Below are positions 27,028 to 37,610 of a DNA stretch of 64,000 bases, piece after piece (the first letter of the stretch is position 1; each line of letters starts with the position of its first letter). Origin of the DNA: Okamejei kenojei. Lineage: Eukaryota. The stretch spans positions 10,168,001 through 10,232,000 of the forward strand of contig CM069174.1 in the NCBI GenBank assembly GCA_035221665.1, read 5' to 3'. The notes beneath the pieces are model-generated. The model was not told the DNA's origin. It saw only the letters and a program-made list of their open reading frames with translations, and ran no database searches. The translations under genes and the position numbers were made by a program.

Positions 27028-28320
27028 CCATGGAGGTAAGGGGGTCTGGTTCATCTCAGGGCCTAGCAATTGTAACCTCACAAGTAGGAGGACGGCTGCA
27101 GGCATTTCGTGGTGCTTGGGATGCAATAACCACAGACACACTTATTCTACTTTTGTACAATATCCCCATTTCAAAATGGAAACCTTTGAAACAGCTAAGC
27201 GGCTGCTTTACCCGGGGTACTTTATGGCTTGCATCGATTTAAAAGATGCGTACTATACAGTTCCCGTCATAGAATCTCACAGGAAGTTCCTAAAATTTGT
27301 CTGGAAAGGACAGTTATGGCAATACAAAGCCTTACCCACTGGATTAACCACAGCCCAGACTATTTACCAAATTAGTAAAACCAATATTGGCACTCCTCCG
27401 ATAACAGCATATCGTCATGGCATATTTGGACGATATCCTTATCGTGGGACAGACCCTCCAATTGGCAACGCTGGCAGTTCCAGGGACCAAATCTTTATTC
27501 GGGACGTTAGGATTTGTGACCCATCCAGCCAAATCTAAACTAAACCCCTCTCAAGTTATGGATTACCTGGGTTTCACCATTGACACAAACCTCATGATCC
27601 GTTGTGGTGGCAGATGGGACCCACACGAGTCTACCCTCCTCCAGACCCAAGGGATAAACTATCTGGAGATGTTAGGGGCTTTCCATGGACTGCGGGCTTA
27701 CTGCACTACCTCACAGCATTTACATGTCTGTCTACAAATAGATAACACGACGGTGGTGGCTTATATAAATCATATGGGTGGTATCAGGTCATTATCTTGT
27801 GACGAATTGGCAAACACAATCTGGCACTGGTGCATTGAGAAAAATATTTGGATAACAGCGACCTATCTACCAGGGAAGCTCAATACAGTGGCGGACACCA
27901 GGTCACGAGTGTTCAATGATAACATCGAGTGGATGTTGAACCCCCAAATTTTTGCTGAAATTATAGCTAACATTGGCACACCAGATATCGACTTTTTTGC
28001 GTCCAGGTTGAACCATCAGATACCAACGTCTTGGGAACCAGACTCTGGGGCAGTAGCTATGGATGCTTTTTCTCTCCATTGGGGCGAAATGGTTTTGCTA
28101 CGCATTTCCCCCATTCTGCCTCATCAGTCGGGTATTGCAGAAAATTCAACTGGATTCTGCTACAGGCATTTTGATCATACCCGACTGACCTACCCGGTGG
28201 TCCTCCAAATCTTGAAAAGTCCGTGGGTTCAAATTGATAAAACCCCAAATTGATTACCAACCCCATTACAGGGGAAAGCCACCCGTGCTATGGTCACCTA
28301 CACCTGTTGGCTTGCAGGTT
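27028..28320 (+). pseudogene. DIRS pol: RT (IDLKDAYY, YLDD), RNase H (INYLEMLG, IDNTTVVAYINHMGG, ADTRSR) and adenine-methyltransferase-like domain (DIDFFASRLN...YAFPPF)
   Basis: Motifs are seen across ORFs 27116-27538 and 27417-28253 and in a shifted frame at about 28090-28190. The region has frameshifts, an in-frame TGA and internal deletions. Confidence 0.88.
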
Positions 28321-28324
28321 TTAA

Positions 28325-29256
28325 AGACGCCGCTTGTCAAGGCCGGCATCTCAGCGTCGTGTTGAGCATCAACCAGGAGGCAGTACCTCACCCAGGTCAG
28401 GAAGTGGGAGGCCTTCTTCTCCCGTACCAACACGACCTACAGCTCGGCCACGATCCCTGATGTCCTGGAATTCCTAGCGGGCCTTCATTACGATGAGGGC
28501 CTCAGCTACAGTGCCATCAACAGCGCCAGGAGTGCACTGTCCTCATACCTGGACATAGGTGTAGGCTCAAACCACCCGGTGTCCAAATTCATGAGGGGTG
28601 TGTTCAACACCAACCCTCCACGACCCAGATACAACATCATCTGGGACGTAGGGATAGTACTGACCCTACTGAGGAGCTGGTTCCCTATGACAGGGTTACC
28701 ACTCGATAAGCTCACCCTCAAAGTGGTGATGCTGATGGCACTGACTACAGCTCAACGAGTCCAGGCCTTACAGAAGCTGTGGCTGGATAGCATGGTCTCC
28801 ACCCCTGCTAAGGTCACTTTCTTTGTAGAGGACCTGCTGAAGCAGCACAGACCTGGGTCTCTTGGGCTGCAGTTGGAATTTCGGGCATACCCCACTGATG
28901 CCACCCTCTGCATAGCCACCCATCTCTGCCACAACATCAGAACAACACGAACCATCCGGAAGATGGAGCAGGGGCTCCTCATCAGCCACAACCAACCACA
29001 TCACCGGGTGACTGTGCAGAATATCGCAAGGTGGCTCAGGGCGGTGTTGGGTGCAGCAGGAGTAGCTACTAACATTTTTAAATCTCACTCTACCAGGGCT
29101 GCATCCACATCAGCGGTGAGGGCCATGGAGGTGCCCATGAACCACATCCTCGCCAACGCGGGCTGGGCCAGTGAAGCAACATTCCAGCAGTTCTACAACA
29201 AGCTGCTGGTCGCCCCCGCAACGTTCGCGGAAGCCGTGCTGGCAGCCGCTCCGTGA
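28325..29256 (+). pseudogene. DIRS tyrosine recombinase
   Basis: AQR, FKSHSTRAASTS (HxxR), AGW and FQQFY catalytic motifs. The N-terminal YSAINSARSALS region lies upstream of the ORF-track start. Confidence 0.9.
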
Positions 29257-29760
29257 ATGATTTGTCCCCGAATTAGGGGTCTTTTGCTTTGTTATTATTT
29301 ATGTTAATAACTGTGCATTATTTTTCAGCCTGTTCAGTCTGGAATGCATTAACTACCTTCCTCCATCAGTATTGCGGCAGTGTGATAGCATGGACGTTGT
29401 CCAGGGCGTGAAATCACAGAGCTTTGAAATCTTCACGAAGTCACTCACGTGACTCCGAAATAAAATAGTAAGATTAAACGAGAACTTACCAAGTTCGAAG
29501 GTTGATCTTTATTTTATGAGGAGTTGTGGTGAGGGATTTCGTGCCCTCCGCTCCCAACCCTCTATCATAAGGTCAACTGGTATGTTCTACGTCATTAATC
29601 TTACTATCTCCAGTCATGGGACGTTCTGTGATTCCACACCGCTGCTTTGAAGGATGTCGCGCATGCGTGCTGGCGGGGTCTTCACGAAATCCCTGACCGC
29701 AACTCCTCATAAAATAAAGATCAACCTTCGAACTTGGTAAGTTCTCGTTTAATCTTACTA

Positions 29761-31170
29761 TGTTTGTCCGGTCCTGCCTTATGAAATCAAAATCAACCTC
29801 CACCCATCAAATGTTTAATTTCTGGCCTAACCTTATCCATTTTCATAACTACCTTAAGACTTGCAAATTTATGGTGACTATTTCGACTGTACTCTCCCAC
29901 TGATACTCAGACTACTTGCCCGGTTACATTCCCTAAGATTAGGTCCAGTACTGCCCCTTCTGCAGTTGGACTATCTATGTACCGGCTCAAAAATCTATTC
30001 TGGAGGCATTTTTAAATGTCGCCCCTTCAATACCTTTTAAAGTGTTACCAGTTAATGTTCAAGAAATAAAATAACTATGCTACTATAACGCTATTATTCT
30101 TACACAATCTCTGTGATTTGCCTACATATAAACGTTTTCATCCTGTTGAACGTTAAGGGGACAGCAAAGTGATCATTCCCTTTTTGTTTCTAAGTTCCAA
30201 CCATATGGTCTCATTTGAAGAGCCTTCTAGGATATCCTACCTCATTACTGCAGTAATGGACTCCTTAATTAATATTGTAATGCCATCTCCTCTTTTACAT
30301 CCCCACACTATCACTCCTGATGTTTCTATAGCCTGAAATGGTGAGTTACCAGTCCTGCCCTTCTTTCAACCATGTCCCTGTCATTGTAACAATATCATAT
30401 TCCCATGTGCTAATCGATGCTTTCAGTTCATCTGTGTTACTAATCAGACTCCTTGTATTAAAATAGATGCAATTTAACCTTGCATTCCTCCTCAGGCTAA
30501 TGCAAGGCTAAATTGTATTAGCCTTCTACAATTCTGGACTGACTTGTTTTTCTTTCACAATTCCCTCCTTCCCAACGGCACATCCACACTCTGTTCCGTT
30601 CCCCAGCCAAATTAATTAAAACCCTTCCCAAAAGCACTAGCAAACCTTCCTGCAAATATGTGGGACTTGTTCTAGTTCAGGTGCGATCCGTCCAATTTGT
30701 AAGGTCCTGTTTTTTAATCTATTGTCTTAAGTAAAAATACAGGACCTCATCCCTCTTTTTATCTAAGCCTTTAGTACCAATGTGAACCACTCTCCCCTTT
30801 ACAATAACCTGCAGCCATTTTGTGACATCTGTGATCCTGGTACCAAGGAGATAACGCACCATCCTGGACCCATGCCAGCGGTAACAGAAGCGCATGTCTT
30901 TTCCCCTCATGATTGAGTCTCTCACTACTAGTGCCCTTGAACTCTTGCTCCACTCCCCTCATGCAGATGATCCACACACGGTGCCTTCACCTTGGCTCTA
31001 GCTGCTCTCCCCAGAGGCACACTCACCATTTTCTAACATTAAAAAATGGTTTGGGAGTGAGATGCACTCTGAGGTATCTCTGGCTCCCTGCCTTTCTTCC
31101 CTGGCGATCACCCATTCCTTCTTTCATGGCCTTTCCCTAAGCCGCAGGGTGACAACCTCTAAAACCATGC
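29761..31170 (-). mobile_element. Old CR1 LINE (ORF1 SGNH-esterase remnant and endonuclease region), continuing left of the DIRS at about 25470-25688
   Basis: The 30719-30925 peptide (RDSIMRGKDMRFC...SRMV...VVHIGT...KKRDEVL) resembles the CR1 ORF1 esterase. The DIRS flanks read contiguously across CTA. Confidence 0.7.
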
Positions 31171-33024
31171 TGTTAACTCGGTTTCATGGAAACACTGTAA
31201 AACTGAAGACAATGGCATCAAAGGGAAAACAATCAAATAACTAGAGTCATACCTTGATAAAAGACGATGGCTGTGCTCATTGACCTCCAGAGATCTCTGG
31301 AAGAGTTCCTCGGGGCAGTGTCTTGGGACCAACCATCTTCAGTGAAGGAGCTGGAATTGGTGACTACAAAATAGAGTTTGTGGTTAGAACTAAAGACAAT
31401 CCTGTTGTGTTTCTCAAAAGTTAATTGGAGGAAATGTCAACTCATTTAGGACAAGATGGCAGATAGCACCTTTACCATGGGGCTTCCTATAAGCACCTGA
31501 GGCTTCCTATAAGCATCATTATATGGGAACAAATGTAGAGCAGTTTGTACAGGGTGATGCGTGACAGGAACATGGTTCTTTAGCACACTGGCAGCGAGAC
31601 AGAGTGACAGGAAGAGAGATTAGACTGAATATTTCCCGTTCTATCTTATCTGGCAGCTTTTCCACAGAGGTTGGTGGGTGTATGGAATGAGCTGCCAGAG
31701 AAGGTAGTTGAGGCAGAAACTATAACAACATTTAAAAGGTATTAGGACATGGATAGGAAAGGTTTAGAGGGATATGGGCCAAACGTGGGCAGGTGGGACT
31801 CGTGTATTTGGGTACCTTGAGCAGGCTGGGCCAAAGGGCCTATTTCCGTGCCTTTTGACTCTACGAATATCACAAATCAATAGTATATTTGTCCTAAATT
31901 GTCATTCTATCATGAACTGTGTCAAAGATTGCACCTGTGCTGACATGGTTGAGAAGGGATAGTTTATCACAATTACAGACTGTAACTTGTGACGCTGAGG
32001 GGACTTTTTAAGTACTATGATGGGGTGGATGCCTAATTAGAGAGATTCAAACACAGAGCTGCTAAAGGGAAGTTTATGGATTCGGGAATTGACAATACAT
32101 TTAAGGGTTTTGGGAAGAATATGGCGGTTGGAGATACTACTTTAAATGAATTGATAGACAACAGACAATAGGTGCAGGAATAGGCCATTTGGTCCTTCAA
32201 GCCAGCACTGCCATTCAATGTGATCATGGCTGATCATCCCAAATCAGTACCCCGTTCGTGCCTTCTCCCCATATCCCTGACTCCGCTATTTTTAAGAGCC
32301 CTATCTAGCTCTCTCTTGAAAGCATCCAGAGAACCTGCCTCCACCGCCCTCTGAGGTAGAGAATTCCACAGACTCACCACTTTCTGTGAGAAAAAGTGTT
32401 TCCTCGTCTCCGTTCTAAATGGCTTACCGCTTATTCTTAAACTGTGTGTGACACCTGGTTCTGGACTCCCCCAACATCGGGAACATGTTTCCTGCCTCTC
32501 GTGTGTCCAAGCCCTTAACAATCTCCAGTTGTCTCTGGTGTGTTTGAAAGCTTTTGTCACCAGTGTGGAAGACCCCAATGTTCATGCTGTAATAAATATC
32601 AGGAATTGAAATATCAGGAACAGAAATGAAAGCTCCATGACATTGGTAATTGGGTATAAGTTAATTTTGTGGTTAAATCTACATTTATTAAGCCCCAGCA
32701 CAAAATAAGACTGAAATGCTCCCTGTACAAATCTGAATGATCTGCCAGAGGAAGTTGTGAAAGTATATAAAATTACCACTTTCAATATACATTTAGACAG
32801 ATATACAGGTAGGAAAGGTTTAAGAGTACATGGGCCATATGGGACAAGCCCAGAATGCCAACATGGTCGGCATGGACAAATTCAACCGAAAGGCCTGTTT
32901 CCATGCTATACAGCTCAATTACTCTGTGCTGGAAACGCTAGGCAGGACAGGCAGCATCAGTGGACAAAGAAACAATTCATGCTTCAAGCCAATGATGCTT
33001 CATCAAAATTGCAATGCCATGAGG

Positions 33025-34052
33025 TAGGTATGTTACAATACTTACCTTGAGCGGCACTGCAGTTCTGCCACTCCCCGTGTGCGCGACTTTGGCGCCTTTC
33101 AGAGGGGGGCGGGTTTAAAGTGCTGTTTTTCTCCAGACAGGGCAAATCGATCCATCTCAGGGGATTTCGTCGCTAAAGAGAAATCGCTCCGACATTTGTT
33201 TTATGAAGGTATTTTTAAACTACGCTAGATCATTTATTAGCTACAGTAATTTAAAAATCATCTTCTAAAGCCGTGAGCGCCAACAACGGGAAGGATTTCA
33301 CGTAGGGGAGAAAAGAAGGTACACAGTTTATTTTCACATAAAAACGTGGTTCTTAGGAAGCATTTAATCACATTTTCATGTTGTGAAATGGGGACAAAAA
33401 ATATATACGAACCGGTAGTATTTTTCCTGCCGACTGTGGGTTAAATTCACCGCAAACTGCAACGTTCCAATCCACCAAAACCCACTCGCAAGTTGATTGG
33501 CCATTAATTTACAGGAATTAAACACTAAATTCCTTCCATTTGGCTTACAAATGAATGAAAATGAGATTTTAAAAATCATGTTATATTGTGAATTATTGTG
33601 TGAATGTTATTTGGACACTTAAGCAATTTAAAAATGTTTATCTTTTCTTAAGAAATGGATAGATGTTTAGATCTAGTAATTGAATTTTGTAATTAGCTAC
33701 AATTAGGTAACTAACTAATTATATGCTTTAATTTCAGGTCATCCAAGTAAGATTGTTTCATATTTGTTTCAGAATGCTTCAATCTATAATAACTGAAAAT
33801 TTCATTGAGTTCTCTTAATTTTTAAGAAAGTTATGGGCTTTTGACTGTCCTAGATCACAGCTTTTGAGTTAAGAATGTAAAGGCAATAGGGAACAAGATG
33901 CTAATTTCCGAGTATGAAAATGGCCATAACTTTTTTAATACTGAAGATATGAAAGTGAATTAGGTGTCAAATTAAACTTCTTTTTATGCTTTATCTGATG
34001 GGATAAATTGCAGACTTGATTTTTAAAATCTCAAAATTTTGTAACATTACTA
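33025..34052. mobile_element. Non-autonomous hAT-like DNA transposon (about 1.03 kb)
   Basis: Imperfect TIRs TAGGTATGTTACAA / TTGTAACATTACTA. CATGAGG is duplicated immediately outside both ends (33018-33024 and 34053-34059). No transposase ORF. Confidence 0.7.
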
Positions 34053-34339
34053 CATGAGGGTGTTGCAAACCAGAAACAGATCGAAAGTGTGACCCCTGTT
34101 TCCCACAGATGCTTCTGGATCTGTCGAGTATTCCAGACTTTTGTGTTTTTACCTCAGATAGCCAGCGTCTGCAGCCTTTTGCTTTGGGGGGGGGGGGGGT
34201 TGGTCGGTTACTGGGATGCTTGTATTTGAGCGAAGTCCTGAGAGGGTCAGTGTCCCGTGGGAACGTTGCTTGACAGATCGGCTCGATAATTCATACCTAA
34301 TATGTGGCAGGAGTCTCATTAAATCCTTCCTGCGATGCA

Positions 34340-35100
34340 TGTTGCAGCGGGTGGCGGATTGCAGCGCCACAGGGCATCTTTTCGTGTGAGATGACGTTCA
34401 CTGCGAAGGGCCGGGCCCCTTCACGGTGACGTCAGCCTGTGGTTATTAGACGGCTCGGCGCCGCCCCGCCTGGGAGAGACGGAGCGCCGGAAAGAAGTGG
34501 GCTCCGAACTCCAGCACCTTCACGCAAACATGGCCGGCTTCTCAGCCTGGTTCTGGAACGAGCGGTTCTGGCTCCCTCACAACGTCACCTGGGCCGACCT
34601 GAAGAATACCGACGGCGCCGAATACCCTCAGGCCAGCGACTTGCACTTCGCTTTCCCGCTGGCGATCGGCATCTTCTTCGTCCGCTTGGCGTTCGAGAGG
34701 TGAGGGGGTTGTGATGCTGCTTGTGGGGTGTGGGTAAAGGAGGAGGAAGGGATTGGGCTGAGTTGGCCGGACTGGGGGGGGGGGGGGGTGCGGGAGAGAT
34801 CGTGGTTGACAGCCACGGCGCCGAAATCAGTCGGTGCTCGCAGCCGCACGCTGCCGGATAGGCTCGAAGTGTCGCCTCCTTCCAGACCGGGAAGGGGGGG
34901 GGGGGGGGGGGGGTAAGCGGCAACGCGGGGGGGGGGGGGGGGGGGGGAGAGAGAGAAGACGCAGTACCGGGGGCGTTGATTGGTCTGCTGGTCGTCTCCG
35001 TTGTCAGCTGCACGTGGCACCCGCGCTTTCCATTGACGCTCGAGCGCTGTCGCTCACGGCTGCCATCTGTCAGCCAGCAATGGGCGGGTCTGAGGTGCAA
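34340..35100 (+). promoter_or_regulatory. CpG-island promoter of the ceramide synthase gene
   Basis: High CpG density. Full CRE TGACGTCA at 34427-34434, half-CRE at 34392-34397, GC box near 34460-34470, E-box CACGTG at 35011-35016, G-runs in early intron 1. Confidence 0.7.
34530..34699 (+). CDS. CERS5: Ceramide synthase (CERS5/CERS6 group) coding exon 1 ([27 protein letters not shown]...RLAFER)
   Basis: ATG at 34530 in aaacATGG context. [18 protein letters not shown] signature with an N-glycosylation sequon. 170 bp, GTGAG donor at 34700. The CERS5 versus CERS6 call is tentative. Confidence 0.85.
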
Positions 35101-37124
35101 GTCTGGTCAGCAAGTGATAACATTATCCACTCTCTTAAGAGCTTGGTGAATTTTGGTAAAGGTAAATATATAATCCAGAAGTTAACGGTTGTGTTTGCAT
35201 TTATTTCCGGGAGTTGTACGAATAATTGTCAAAAAGTGTGGTTGCCGTGCATGCCACCTCCATCAATGGCATCCTGAGCGTTGTCTTTAATTGTCATGTG
35301 CACCCGGACGGGGACCATGAAATTCTTTCTTGCTGCTGCTTTACCATCATGTTGAACTCAACAACACAGCCGTTGAATATAGTTTTAGTTTAGGTTTTGG
35401 TCAGCGGAAAGACAATACATGATTATAATCAAGCCATTCACAGTGTACGGATACAGGGTAAGGGAATAACGTTTAGTGCAAGGTAAAGCGTTGGTCCGAG
35501 GGTCACCAATGAGGTAGATAGTAGTTCAGCACTGCTCTCTAGTTGTGGTAGGATGGTTCTGTTGCCTGATAACAGCTGGGAAGAAACTGTCCCTGAATCT
35601 GGGGGTGTGTGTCTTCACACATACAATAAGTTATCAGTTATTCTAGGTAAACCAGACCATGATGGTGTAAGCCTGAGTAGTATTCCAAAAGGATACGGTG
35701 TTGGAGTAACTCGGTGGGCCAGGCAGTATCTGTAATGCAACCTTGTGGTGTCCTACTAATTTTATGTTGTGTTGATCCTTTTGGGACAAAAGTCTGGATG
35801 GATTTCATTCTTGGAGACACTGCATCCAGTCTGGTCTACCAATATTTGTGTAGGTTTTTAAAGGTCTGCAGTGCTGTCAAGGGTAATATGTCACTCTGAC
35901 CAAAGTTGAGAAATTGCTGGAATTGTATTGACCTGTAGAACATTGTACTTTTTACTGAGAACTCTTACACTGAAGGTGTGAGAAATGGTGTTGCTGTTGC
36001 TTCTTGGTTTGCAATGAAGATGATGTGAAAAATTCAGATTCTTCCAAAGATGGGGCAGGTATGGGCTGATGGGGAGGGGAGGTGGTTAGTCTATATGGTG
36101 GTGTGCTTAACCAGGGTGTCTCTGTTCACCTGAAACATAGGCCTTGGTTCTCCATACCATCCCAAATGCTCCTTATCCACTTTGCCTTGGGCCCAAGAGT
36201 CCCAGGAGTCAGTGGAGTGACAGGAATTTGAGCTCTCCACTTGTTTCCAAGTGTGAAGTCAGACTGCATTCCTATTCAGTTATCAAATGCAGTCATAGAA
36301 ACATAAAACAGTCTCCAAAAGGTCTTAATTTTTGAAGTGCTCTCGGGTAGATTGATGAGAAAGAATGGTATGTACAGATTTCTGAAAAACAGTAACTGTA
36401 GGTGCTGAAAATCAGAGCTACAAGCAGAAAATACTGAAAACACTCTGGAAACAGGCATCAAAGGAGAGAGAAAATGAGTGTTTCAGGGCAATGGCCTTAT
36501 ATCAGAACTATTCTGATTAAAGGTTGTTGACCTAAAACGATAGCCCTGTTGCTCTTGGCACACAGGCTGCTAAGCCTACAGATATGTTTTCACTGTACAT
36601 CGGTATGTGTGACAATAATATGCCAATACCGTGTATTCTCAGCATTTTCTGATTTGATGTACTGGAGTTTTCATCATAATCATAATTGCAACATACGAAG
36701 AATTTGGTTTGCCGTACAGTCATACCAAAAAAGCAACAAGACACACAACTACATAAAAATTTGACAAAAACATCAACCACAGCAGCTCCTCCACATTCCC
36801 CACTCTGATGGAAGGTAATAAAGTCTTATCTCCTTTCCTCCCGCGGTTGAGGGAGTCGAGCTATCCGCAGCCGGTGTTCGAACTCCCACGTCGGGGCGGT
36901 CTATGCTCCCGCATCGGGACGGGAAGGATATGGATTAGTGCAAAAAGGCCAGCATGGATGAGGTAGACGGAAGGACCCATTTCTGTGCAGCACCAATCTA
37001 ACTCTCTGTAACGAAGTAATGAATTGCAACAAAGAATTAATGTGCTGTAGAATAATGGCTGATGATTCTCTGATAAGCAGGTTTCTATTTTCGGCTGGAT
37101 TTTATGAGCTGGAAGAAGGGCTGG

Positions 37125-37610
37125 AGGTTGCCAAACATTTTCATTCCGCTTCCCATTCCCACACTGACCTTTCTGTCCTAGGCCTTCTCCATTGTCAGAA
37201 TGAGGCCAAATGCAAATTGGAGGGACAGCATCTCATATTTCCCTTGGGCAGTTTACACCCCAGTGGTATGACTATTGATTTATCTAACTTCAAGTAACCC
37301 CTGCATTCCCTCTCTTTCCATCCCTCCCCCACCAACGTCTTACCAGCTTCAAAGACTTGTTGAGTCTCATTGTCTGTACTGATTCTCACCTTTGATATGC
37401 AAACAGCTAACAATGCCCTGTTTCCTTTATCATAGTTACTTTTTTGCATATCTTTCATTCATTTGTTCTATATCTCTCAACATCACTGTCTATATCTCTC
37501 ATTTCCCTTTCCCCTGACTCTCAGTCTGAAGAAGGGTCTCTGCCCAAAACGTCATCTATTCCTTTTCCCCAGAGATGCTGTCTGACCTGCTGAGTTACTC
37601 CATCTTTTTG
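37125..37610 (+). mobile_element. Penelope-like element 3' fragment
   Basis: VAKHFHS...LEGQHLIFPLGSLHPSGMTID plus the shared tail. Confidence 0.8.

Larger units (their letters stand above)
25689..29760 (+). mobile_element. DIRS1-type tyrosine-recombinase retrotransposon, internally deleted
   Basis: Order gag - RT/RNase H/methyltransferase - tyrosine recombinase. Inverted repeats at 25718-25752 and 29654-29688. Internal complementary region at about 29431-29543 matches both termini. CTA trinucleotide at both ends. Confidence 0.95.

Noticed and set aside
28325-29256. Phage integrase / bacterial contamination
   Set aside because: The recombinase and methylase-like domains are embedded in a DIRS architecture that is contiguous with host CR1 sequence.
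31480-31517. Short local tandem duplications (also about 1741-1765, 17930-17957, 40177-40207, 47840-47892)
   Set aside because: Ordinary 13-30 bp slippage/repair duplications with no shared motif.
34585-35277. Pro/Gly-rich ORFs over the CERS 5' end
   Set aside because: Artefacts of the CpG island and poly-G runs.
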